The notes under the pieces: model-generated | The model's input: the letters and a program-made list of their open reading frames with translations, nothing else | Told to the model about the DNA's origin: nothing | Databases searched by the model: none | Program-made: the position numbers and the translations under genes | In this document: piece by piece, positions 13,384-25,700 of the stretch | Numbering within the stretch: the stretch's first letter is position 1 | Layout: every line of letters starts with the position of its first letter | Source of the DNA: Leptogorgia sarmentosa | Lineage: Eukaryota | Reading direction: 5' to 3' | Length of the DNA stretch: 64,000 bases | Assembly (NCBI GenBank): GCA_964658305.1 | Contig: OZ210884.1 | Coordinates: forward strand, 4,588,001-4,652,000

Positions 13384-15912
13384 TCATTCTTTGTTTATAG
13401 TCCACTCCAAGTATCGTTCAAGACCAGTTATCATGCTCACCCTCCTTTGATTAACCGCCTGCTTGAAAAAAACGATTCTGTTTTCGTTACGTAAACCATC
13501 ACGCAGTCGTAGTTGAAACTCGCTACCAAGTTCCTTCAAAGTCGGCAATCTGGTGGAATGGGAACACCCTGATTTGTATCGCTTTTGAAACACGTGAAAC
13601 AAAGCACGAAGATAATCTTGCCACTGATTAGAATTATCGAGATATTCTCTGAAGGTTGTCCCACCGTTGCTCGCTAGTACTGGATCATTCGTGTCTTCCA
13701 TTACAACTTCACGAAAGTGCGCTGTCTGTACAGGAGTTGTAAATGGCATCATACTTACGTCTGCATCCGGGCAGAAATTCACCCAATTTTGACATTCCGT
13801 TATCAATGTTGCGTGTGGATTGTCACGATTCAGCTTGCCTGAGTAAATTCTAAAATGCAAAAATATAATCTAAAACATTAGAACGTTTAAAGAAAGATTT
13901 CAAGAGGATGCGAAAGTCTTAGACCAAACTGAATTCATGGACTAACTATTTTCCATGCTCTTCGCAGCGGATCAATATTTGCGAACCAGTACTGTAGATA
14001 GTGTATATAAAATCAAATATATCTGATATGCCTTAGCAAAACTTTGCAAAAGGTCTGTCGGTTTTTTTTAGTTTCGGTTTCTCAGGTTTTTTCAAACTTT
14101 TTCAGACTTTTCCAAAAGTGTGTCGGTTTTTTTTTCAATTAAATTTCGTCGCGCGTGTTTTTCGTCGTAATGTACCAAACTAGCGAATGCCCTGAAATAT
14201 AGAGTGTACAGTATATAGCTACAATTAAGGTTACAGGGTATATAATCACAATTTTGAATACCCCACCTTAGTAATTCTGGAAGAAGGATATAATCCATCA
14301 AATTGGATGATAATATCCTATCATATTTCTCTCTTTTGTGGAAGAACTTTTCGATTTTCAAGCAATCGCCCAGGATAATGGAGAAACTCACTTGCTTAGA
14401 AGAAAGTTTTTCCATAAAACGAGCCAACTTATTCTCAATATACTCTCCATACATAACAACAAGTGACTTATTATATTTGAATTTCTCCACCTCAATGTAA
14501 TCCCAACCAACAAAAGGGAGGACGCTGGTTGGAACACAATAGGTAAAGGGAGCATCTTCGGACAGTATAGGAGGACCAGTCAGTGTAGGATTTTCTACGA
14601 ATGAACGTTTCGGAGTGCGACGAAATTCACCATCTTCCATGTACTTCATGGCACTGGGCACATGTTCCTTAGGAATACACCTGTAATAATTGAACATCCC
14701 AAAAAAACTGCCTGAATCTGCCCTCATTGCTCCTTCGCGTTGCTGTCGAATATTCGAGGTACCTTTGACTTTCAGAGCAAGCCATCTCCTCCATACCTCT
14801 TGCAGCTCGTTGAAGTGGTTTGCATTCTTCAAGGTGATTAGTCCACATGTAGAAGATGTCAAATGATTAGCACTCTTTAGCTGAAGAAGTCCTTGAATTG
14901 CTGCGCACAGGTAACTGTACGTCTTTTCGCTCAACGACAAGGAGTACCAAATTTCAGTAATAACATTAGTGGCGTTTGGGTCACCTAGAAATCGAACATT
15001 AAAGTATCTAATCTGTATTTGTAGTATTAGTTCTTTTTCTTGACTATTCCTGTGCCTTGCTGGTTTTACCCTGTACTATTTTTGTCGGACATTACAAGGG
15101 GATAAAGGCATTAAACGCCTACGTTAATAATGCAACAAATGTTGCAACATCCGGTTTAGTATTTGATGTATTGTCGTCTTGCCTAATTTCGTCTTTCAAT
15201 TTCTATAATAAATACGGCGAGTGTATCCAGAAAGAAAGTGAAATTGAAGCATTGCAACTACATGTGAACAATATTATCGTAAATGAAAAAGGAAACATAT
15301 AGACGCTTACTTACATTTGATCATCATGTATAGCAACAAAACCAACCTTGCCAGGACACATCTATCGGAGTCGTTCAATGTAAATTTCACTTTGCTTGTA
15401 AAATATTCAGGCAACGAGGCACAGGTGAGCACAACATTTCTTAAATCGCCGACACCAAGAACCAGAATATTCATAGATAGTCCGAAATCGATTCCTTCAT
15501 TTTCTAACAAATTTAGGTAATCGTACGCCGGTACATTGCCCCAATAATAACGAGCCATACAACGTCGGGCAAAATATGAAGGGAAATACCGGTCAAGTTC
15601 TGAAGCCAGAGATTTTATCTTACCCACCACACGTTTACACTCAGCTTTGTGTTGATTTCGATGATTCTTTTGACAAATCCCGTCGCAGTAAAAGACGCGG
15701 TAACAGCCAGTGCACTTTTGTAGCAACGGACCTACCTTGCGACATGATGAGCATGTATTAATCACAGATACTGGTCGACATTCAGCATCGGTGTGCCTCG
15801 CGAGGTCATTTTTCTTACATCTATTACTGCAGTATTTAGCGACATCACATGAACGGCACACCACATTTGCCGATGCTTTACCACAACGCCAGCATTCACA
15901 AAATCGGGGCAT
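13384..15912 (-). CDS. Double MYND zinc-finger / DUF4470-type protein, 3 exons (15912-15315, 14984-14267, 13849-13384), ~593 aa
   Basis: Two MYND fingers (CWRC..CRSCDVAKYCSNRC..H..EC and CSSC..CTGCYRVFYCDGICQKNH..HKAEC). These are followed by YYWGNVPA, ILVLGVGDLRNVVLT, TLND..VLAR, IWYSL, SNLMDY and NPHATLIT, motifs typical of MYND-DUF4470 proteins. The exons splice in frame. Confidence 0.85.
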
Positions 15913-16974
15913 ACTATTCGACTATCTGACAATGTAATGATAGCTCCATCTACGTACGCGTCAGCATTTAAATCCTTACATTGTTAGCATGGGAAGGTGA
16001 TAGAATGAAAATTGGTTCAAGTTACTTCGTTCCAGGAAATAGGGATTTCTGCCGGATGTTGCGTAGCTTTCTGCCAAGCGTGAAGCACCTGAATCAATAA
16101 TTATTTTCAAAAATCATGTGAACTGAGCAGGTTATTTCCGCATGCAAGGCGTAATCAAACTTTTTCGAAGCTTATCAGACGTGCATTATTAACAATGGAC
16201 TTTGAGATTTGTGTATTAATTGGTGTATTGGAGTTTTTTAATGAGGGTTACGTCATTATTTTGATGTGAGATAATTGTTGTTTGCCACATGATCAGCAAA
16301 ATGTTAGGGCGGGAAATGTTAACATCATGACGTGACAATTTTAATTCCGCCTTGTAACTGTGATATCGCTTTTTTTCGCGCTTAATAATAATACAAGTAT
16401 GCAATATAACAGAGATGCTGTCATATGTATAGGGACAGGCCGATTTCAGTTTTGTCATATCCCTCCCTCGACGTCGTTCCCATGTCAATCACTAGCTATA
16501 ATGGTTTACGTTTTTGGCGGAATGATTTTCTTTTCCAAAACTTCCAAATAATGGCAGCAAACTGTTTTGAAAAGGAATTTTACCGCTTTAAAGGAATTTT
16601 ATAATTATAATAAGTTTTGAAAAGACTATTTGGTATAAACTAATTTAATACATTTACTCATAGTATCGGATATGGAAGGACATAAAAACACATTAACAGA
16701 ATTGGGAAAATGTGAAACTATTACTGAAATGTTTCTAGGACTACATGTACATGGATCCCTTGTTCACTACTGCTAATAATGAAATATTAATACTGCTAAT
16801 ATAATTGAAATATTCATCTGTATCAATTTGAGGTATATTGTTACAGAATCTACTGCAATTGCAACGTGTATAGCTAACTAGAAGCAACATTACCGCACGT
16901 TAAGTGATGGCCGCACGAAAGCATAAAAAAGCGGCGAAATATGTTGCATTGTAAGAAATAGCTTCAAGGAATTA

Positions 16975-19900
16975 TTAGTTGAAATATGTTGGACCTGCGT
17001 TAGGCCCAATATTAGGATCTCTATCGTCGTCAATTGGTGTCTGAACCACGCGCATGCCGTACACAATCAAGGACTTCATCAAGCCAAAAGTGTCGTCAAA
17101 CCTGTAGAATAGAAAGGGAAATTCTAATTCAAACTCCAAACAGTGCGGTAGTTTGAGAGCATTAAAAATTATCAATAGTTAAACCGGACAACCTAAGAGA
17201 CAGTCATTTCCAGTCTTCCACAGATAAAAAGGGAACGTGCCAATCGACCATTGCCCAATAACCGCGTATTTGACAAACTTTGAAATAGAGGAAATTACAT
17301 TATCACAAAATTTTGAAGTTTGGTTGCAAGATATCGTAAAATGAGGAAAATATTTTCCCGTGAAGTTTTTATTGGAGTCATATTCTTTATTAGCTACGCG
17401 CAACAGTCACTGCCATATTTCAAAATGTTTTTCAATTCTAATAAAAGTTTGCCTAACTATAGGGCAAGTTTAAACTGAAGCCCGTAATATCTAATTTCAA
17501 TTGATAATTATATAAACAATTATACATTATATTGAGCTGCTTTTCATCGATTTTTCTCCTGTTTGCTTATGGATATCTGCTACCGTTAACAACGAACTTG
17601 GCATTTGTTATTGTAAAGTAAAAAACTTGTTTGTACCTGTCAACATTTCCATCAAATACGCTCTGCAATGTCTCCAATAGCCTCCTGTAGATATCGTTGA
17701 AAGCTTGCGCGTTCTTATAAGCTTGACTGTCAGGCTTGTATTTGGACATTTGCGGATCCTTGACCACAGGCCAGACTCCAGTTTCAAAGAAAGGAATTTT
17801 GTCACCAAGATATGCATAATTTTCGTGACATTCCTGAAAATCATTATTATTATTATTAATTCGCCAAGTTCACAATATAACATTACATCCGAATACGTCA
17901 CAAATACAATATATACATTGATTATATCTAGTTGAGGTATTTATATTATTTGATTGGTTGGCAAGAGGACCTCAAGAAACCATCAGGCTTTTTTTAAAGA
18001 GATCCCCACATAAAATTATTATTAAATTACAGTTTGATTTAGTACAAGATGTAGAGTTTTAGATTTATAACGAATTCTGATTCGTTATAAATATCAAATA
18101 TCATGGAATAATTTATAAAATTATTCTTCTCGTTTTTATTTTGTTTTTTGTTTTGCATTTCAGAGATTCCAGGGTTTGTTAAACCTGTGACTCTGTACGT
18201 ATCTTTAGAGCCAGGGCTATCATTGCATTACTATAATAGCCAAATTTTAGGATTTCATCCCTCAGAAATTTCGTTACTATTGTATTGTCATGGGAACTGC
18301 ATATTTTTTAGACCAGAATTTTAGGGATTTATGCAGCATAAAAGTTTTATAATTCGATTCGAACATTCCACTCGTATGGTTGCTTTCGAAATAAAACCTA
18401 CCTCTTCGTTGTTGTTGTACACTTTTTCATTGGTTACATTAAACGTCGTAATATGTCTACCATGGAATATGGATGAAAATTTGAAATAGTGAGACAACTC
18501 AGAAGAATCAACATTTTGTTGCAGAGGGTTGTATGGCGAAGCACCTTCACCTTGATCCACAATCGCCTTAATTGCTTCCAACGCATCTTTGTAATTTGTT
18601 ACTTCTCTGAGATTTTTGGGATTTGACCACTTTATTTGTCTGGTCTTTCCGGTAAAGATCTCTTTTTTCCCGCATATGCTCAATTGGCCAAGAACATAAA
18701 CAACAGCCATGTATAGGTCGCCAATTGTTTCATGGTTTTGCTCCGTTAGTTTTCGGTTGGGAAGTGGAAAGACACCCAACGCCTCGGCACATTGTCCTTG
18801 ATAATCATCAGGTCCTTTGATGAAAAAGTTTAAAAAAATGTGTATTTATCAGCAACATAAAAAAGTGTATTTATAATTATTAACTACTCCTATTTGGGAA
18901 TAGGACCCGCCTTCACGACACTCTATTCAGTAAATTGATCGCGATCTGAATGCCTATTTACCACTACAAGAGTAGAAGAGTACATGCCAAGATCGTGGAA
19001 ACCATCCGATATCTCTTTACAATGAGGACCAGATGAAAAAGTACAGCTCATTATTTTTTTAATATTCTTACCTTCGCTACTTACTGTTAGATACTGTAAG
19101 TTGGCTATTTCAAGAAAATAAAAATGTAGATTAGATGGGATTAACAAAGATTAATTGTGATTGATTAACACAGATTAAATGTGACAGACAGATGGACGGA
19201 CGGACGGTTTTTGACGTTCAAAGTTTGACGTTGGAATTTTTACCTGTAGAAATTTTATTAATCAAGGCCACCAGCTCATGGTCTTTTAGAACATACGAGG
19301 GCTCTTCAATTTCCATGTAAACATTATTAATCTGTTGGTTTGATATTTTATTGATACTTGCTATCATATTAGGCCGGCATCCTCCGGGAAGATGAGTTGG
19401 AAACGCGGGGACAAATGTTTTCCCTAAAAGATACGGTCGTCCCCCAAGACCATTTATGATATTTGCAACTTGTGCAAAGTGAAACATCTCGTCCACGATA
19501 ATCTGGTGTATCATTTCCTTAACTTCTTGATTCTGCCATGGTTTTATTGAGAGAAATCCATTCAGGTAAACAGGTATTGTAGCGTGCTCCAATTGTAGCG
19601 CAGTTTGAAGCATATCTATCAAGTGTTGTTTGGTTATTTGTTCGGCATGTGTGAAACCGAATTCGGGTTTGTCTGAATTCAACCATTTTAAGATCATCTT
19701 TGTCTTACCCTTTGAAAGATCACGTGTCACTGGCATAAACTGGGGATCTTGAAAATCTAACGACATTGCTGTAATAATATGACATTTTTTCTTTATGACA
19801 CTGTTGTAATCTGCCAGGTCTACAAAACCTCGCATCACAGGAAAGAGGTTGGCATAAAGTTGAAAAATAGGGAGAATGTTTGGGAGCCATTTTGGTCGGT

Positions 19901-22704
19901 CGTTGACAATTACTTCATCATAAACATGAATACATATTGCTGTGTTCAATGCTTCATTTCGATCTGGATTCAAGGGATACCCATCAAATGTATACTGTAA
20001 TGTATATACCTGACCATCAATAATCTTTCGAATATTATTGGGGTTATTCATGGCGTAAAAGTAATAGTAGTAGATGCTGGGATTTTTGCTATCTTTAAAC
20101 AATCCAAATGGCTGTTGGGGTCCGAGTGGATGGTCCCGGATAATCGATTCAGCTGGTTCCAATTTCAGGTGGATGTCTCGACCAGGCGTTGGTTTTTTAC
20201 CAAAAATAGTGACAAATAAACTACCATGTACGATTTCCTCATATTCTGCTCTGAATACAAAATGAGTGTTTGAGCGAACATTAATTCCTTCTTTATGTTC
20301 CGCAAGGAGGATCTTCAAGCAAGTGCCATCTTTATCAATCTGCAAGAGAAAAAACACCTTTTAGATCATATTTAAATCAAACGCGAACTTTTTGCCAGAA
20401 TTTTCATGTGGAAGTCACGACCCCTTTTTTTGACCCCGATAGATCGGCGACATATAATAATCGCGTCATATTTGGGTCATATCGTCCTTGAATGCCATAT
20501 TGACATTTTTTGGTGACATGCGAAATCATTGTTTTTAAAAGACAATTACTGTTGAAGACACTCAGTAGTCTTGTACCATCGCCATAACCAGGCATCGGCT
20601 GTTTTTTCACTTACTGCGTATATTTTCAAGGTTTTGACCGAAATTTGGGCTTTATTAATTTTGATGTTTGCCTTGGTTATAAAACTGTAAAAACAATCCA
20701 AAGCTACATCGCAGCGTGTAAAGATAAGTCACCTTCAAATGCTCATGAGCCAGGTAAGTAACGTGAATGTCAGTCAGTAAGACTGCAGTCCTGACTAGTA
20801 CCATCTTTCGCAAGGTATGCCGGTGTCCCAGTTGATTTGGACCCCTGTGGATTTGGACCCCCGTTCCATATAATTTATTATGCTAGTACTAATACAAACC
20901 CTCGATTACTTATCTTTTATTTACCAACATCGCCAATGTTTGACCAGTTTTATGACGGTGTGTATATATTATGATCCGGTTTGAAATGATCAAATATGAT
21001 GTACTGCCACTCTGCTCTACATACCTTCGCTAAAACAAATTGTTTATCCAGGCTGCCTTTTAAGTGACTGGGAATGTCAATCTTGTTTATTCCGGCAGTA
21101 TAACGATATCCGCCATATTCGTCGTAGTAAACTCTTGAGATCCACGTAATTTTATCCAAGCAATTCGGAGTTTCTATACCGTTTGCTTCATTACCAGCAT
21201 AAACACCAAGGGCTAATTCCCCAACTGAAATAAGAACATTTCCATTTCGGCCAATAGCAAGTGTGTTTCCTAGGTCAATATAAATTTTCCTTTTGCTTTT
21301 GTCTACAGTAAACGGTGCGTAACTAAGTTCTGTTGTTGCTTGTAAATGGTGTAGTAATCGACCATGGTCAAAAAAATACGGTGCTTTTTCTCCTGCCAAT
21401 CCGATTGAACCAACGATCCTAGCGTAACTATAGTTAGCAGCTGGATGCTCACCCATCATATCGACATTGAAACATATGGACAATTTTTGATTTGGTCCAA
21501 TGTTTTCTCTGAAGTGTTGAACGATGGGAGAATCATTGTTTTCAGCAGAAAATTGCACGTTGTTGAGGACACTCTGTAATCTTGTACCTTGCCCATAATC
21601 ATCATTAGGCACGTCTATCATTTTGTACCACAATGACTGAAATGAGGCGCGTTCCATGTCACCCTTAAAGAAGCCTCCAACATCTATCGACAGCCCATAT
21701 ATTTCAGAAACTCTCCCCTGTACTTCTATGTCCAAGTCGACAATCTTTGCCGAAACCTTACCATTGGCCTGGTCTAAAAAGATAGCAAAATCAATTTTGC
21801 ATAGTCCGAGGTATAAGCTTAATAATTATTATTAATAAAATAAGAAGTTGCATATAATTATATATTGTATGATTTAATAAAAAATGTTGTGCGGTTCAAA
21901 CAATATCCTTTTCTGCGGCATTTTTTTTCTTCTAAAAATGCCCTGATTGTGCTAAAATGCTTTACCTATTTGACGTGACAAGAGTAGCTATATGAATCTT
22001 CATATCGATCGCGATAAAGAGTTATAGATGGGGAAGTTAACATGTACAGTTAATAAGCACAGGAAAACTTCACCGGAAAAGATAGAGAGTCATAAATCGT
22101 CTGTTAAATTATTTTCATTTTCCATGAGCAACGAGAAAACTAGACAAACTTTTTAGACAACTCCCCGACATTAAAGTAGATTTTAGGTGGCCTTTCAATA
22201 TTGCCGCAATAATTATCATAGCAGATGTACATACTATCGATATTTTAGTGCTTCAATCCCAATTTAAAGCGTAGAATGGATAATTATTGGTTAATTGAAC
22301 GGTGCGAACCTCAAAACCCTGAAATTTTGACCCAACGCAGCATTCTGCATTAAACACAAGAATGAGAACCTTTTCCAAGCACTATATTATTAATTTTGTG
22401 ATTTTTCTGAGTATTATATAGCTAAGCGGCCTAGGCCCACCTTTAATTGTGGCTCCAGCCAGGGGATCTTGGTGGGACTGGTAAACACATAAACTTTCCG
22501 TATGGCAAACTCTTGTTACGGAGACGTCCACCAGGCGAAAGTCACTTGATCCCGAGGGATTCCAATTCTCCGCAGTTATTTTTGTATCTGCAGTAGCAAA
22601 GGTTTTAATGTCGAAATTGCTGAAGACGTTGTTCAATGTTGCTGAGTCGATCTGGAGTTTTCCAGCAAAGTTGATCCTTGGAAACATGATGTAAGAATGG
22701 TATT
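16975..22704 (-). CDS. VioB/RebD/StaD-like (iminophenyl-pyruvate dimer synthase-type) region with ferritin-like domain; C-terminal part of the gene above
   Basis: SYIMFPRINFAG..D.ATLNN, NWNPSG...FRL, SAKIVDLD.EVQ..VSEIYGL and FMPVTRDLS resemble the N-terminal part of bacterial VioB-like proteins. LQTALQLEHATIPVYL..IIVDEMFHFAQVANIINGLGGRP, MEIEEP, TIGDLY, IVDQGEG, SHYFKF and NAGPTY match the VioB-type ferritin-like family (Pfam PF12902) by recollection. Confidence 0.88.
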
Positions 22705-25700
22705 CTAGTGATAAAAAGAGGATTACGATTTAGAATATGAGTAAACTATACAGTTACTGCATGTCCAAAAGTCTATAAATACTTGTGACAAAATTGAAAA
22801 TAATATTTCATCACAAATTGACTTAATCACCAATTAAGTTACGTATATAAAATTTAATACCTCTTTCTTAATTAAACGATTGGTTTAAGGGTGTATAGAC
22901 AGGGTATAAATGCATGCAATCGTTTTGTTGCTCATAAAACGAGAGGAACGGTAATATTATCTAAAAAGTAGCTAGATAAGTAAAGAGGGTGATCAATTTG
23001 TTGGGCAGTGACTATATAATTATTATGAACAAAACACGGTACGGCAAATATTATTTTTAAATTTATTTTTATTTATTAAATTATTACCCCCAGTACGAAT
23101 TATTTATCGATATTCACCTTCTTTTTTTGCTGTCACAGACTTGTAGGCACATTCTATTTTTCCAGAGGGATACTTCAGTGCTCTGCACTGAAAACCAGAA
23201 ACATTTCCTAGATGCAGATATTAATGACCTTTTAGATTGTTATTTTTCAATGAAGGCTAACCGAGAAAGTTTTTTTTTCACTGAATTTCCTCTAAAAAAA
23301 CGTACCTTTACTGCGAGTTATTTCTGTATCCGCTGTAGGGGATGGAAATATAGCGATAATTAATTTCATTTGTTAGCTAGGTAACAAATTGTGCACGCAA
23401 GAAGACAAATATTTCACAACATTTTACCTTTTGGGCACGAATATACTTTTGGGCATTCTGGAGTTTCGTTCTCTGATGTAAGAAACAAAAGAACAATATT
23501 TTCAATCTGCATGTAATCCTAACTGTTTAAGAGGATAATCAGTTAGAAAGAGAACATTTGCCAAGAAATTACGGGATTTGATAATTGATAAAAAATTGGC
23601 ACTTCTCCAGACAAAAAAGGTCTTTAATTTAATTGTTACCGCCACAAGTGGGAATGATATCTACGAATAATATGTTGTTACCAGTATTATCTGCACATGT
23701 CTTCTTGCATTCGATAGCTAAAGAGAAAAAAAAACATTGTCAAGCTATCTATTGTAAATCCTTAAAATGTTAAATCACGAAATTCTATAAGTAGCAGATA
23801 AATGGCTTGGTTAAAAGAATAATGGGGAAAATACGGTAGGCGAATTTGGAATTCGGTGAATGGTTAGAAAACACTAAATTATTTCTAACCTTCTGCACTG
23901 CATGTACTAGAACATTTCTTCAAACTTGAAGCTAAAATATGATTATTTATAAGTTAGAATATGTTCAGAGCGTTTAATTAACAGATAATTCTAACATAAC
24001 AATGGATGCTAGTAGTTACATGTAGTACGAGGGAAAAAGACTGAAATTAACATTACTAGCCATTGACTTACTCGTACAGCTGCTTTTTGCGTCCTTGCAT
24101 TGCTCATAGTTTGCTGAAAAAAATGTGTCCAACTTTCAGAACAATGTTAGAGGAACGAAAGAATTTAATAAAATTTTTTTTTTCCATTTTATGCAAGCAT
24201 GACAATTAATTTCATCGAAATTCTTTCATTTTCGAAAACAACGTGCAGGTATAGCTACGAAATTTTTTAACAAAAAGTAAGATCTGATAAATATTTCAGA
24301 ACCGTGTGTTCTCTCGTTTTTAAGTTTCTTCGTATCACGTTATAACTTTTCGCTTTGCTGATGATAAGCATTAGGAATAAACGTTCGTATATGTTGAGAC
24401 AAAACACCGTTTTCAGTTGAAGTCACCTAACCCTAACCCTAACCCATACCCTAACCCTAACCCTAACCCTAACCTTTACACGAAAATATGCATGTGGAGG
24501 CAGTAAACACATTATCTTCCTTCTTTTGTAAATTTCCTCACAGTATGGACTCTTTCCTTTGGATATGCAAAGAAAACATTCCCATATCCTGACAATTTTA
24601 AATACTCGATTCAGAAGATGAAAGAAACCCAAAATAATATAGTTAATAACTATAGTAATTTAATCTTGCCACTATAAAGTATTTCACCCCACCATGGAAA
24701 GATATATTATTTCCCAAATATTTAACTGAATTTATAATGCAACGTGAATATATAATAAAAACAATTATACGATAAAAACAATTAACTTACGCGTTTCTTT
24801 CGTACAATTTCCACAGAATTGAGCTAAAGTAAAACAAGAGAGACTAGCGAATCCAATTTTAGTTAAGCAATTCACACCAATGGCTAGGCAAATGCAACAA
24901 TATTACAGTGCAGAGCAATAAACCTTGGCATTATACTTACCAAAATAATGCATAGCATTATTTATTAGATATAAGTGCGGCCAATGTGTGAGCAATAATT
25001 GATCGTCATGCATATAAGTAGAAAAAATTACGATTGTGCTTTACCTAGTTGTTGACAATGAACTTGGCAGCTTTGTTCTAAAAAATAATTACTCGCAATA
25101 AATTATCAGAAAAAAGAACTTACTTCGCATGCACTAATATAAGAATTCACAAAGTACTCCATTTTAAAAATCAACGGTGGGAATTTAAGTTTCTTCCATT
25201 CTACTGTAATTTCAATTAAATTTTAAAAAACCACACTAATTGTTGAATAAATGCGGATCTCCAGCTATATTGAAAACAAGGGCTATAAAATTGAAAAGGT
25301 GAACTGAAATAATTATTATGTAATTGTTATCTGGTCCTAGTCCATTTTTATTCTGACTTTCTGTCAACCAGGCCAAGGGCGCTTTGCGTTTGAATTTGAT
25401 TTGAAATGTTGTGTAAAAGACGAATCCCTAAATTCATCTCCGGTAGCGGCTGGTGTTAAATTAGGAAAATATAAAACCGCTAAAAAGCTAGAACAGGAGA
25501 ATGAATTGAAGCAAATGCAATACAAGTTATACAACTGGTCCGGCAGATGAGTAATTTACAGCAAACTGAAGTAATCTAGATTTGACACTCGCCTTTTTTG
25601 TTGCAACAACCTTCACAATTCGCTGAAAGTGAGAGGAAAGGTATAAAATGTAAATTACGAAAGAATAAAACTGTAATATTTCGGTAACAGGAGTTACTGC

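Noticed and set aside
18923..19147. Extra small exon(s) in the enzyme gene (ANLQYLTVSSE; EISDGFHDL)
   Set aside because: Plausible splice sites exist, but the flanking exons already join in frame without them. Left out because they cannot be resolved without RNA data.
16975..22704. Bacterial contaminant or chimeric contig as the source of the VioB-like sequence
   Set aside because: It is interrupted by canonical spliceosomal introns, its composition resembles the neighbouring DNA, and a paralogous exon with the same intron position lies nearby.
24423..24632. ORF ending in RVRVRVRV
   Set aside because: Translation of the telomere-like repeat.
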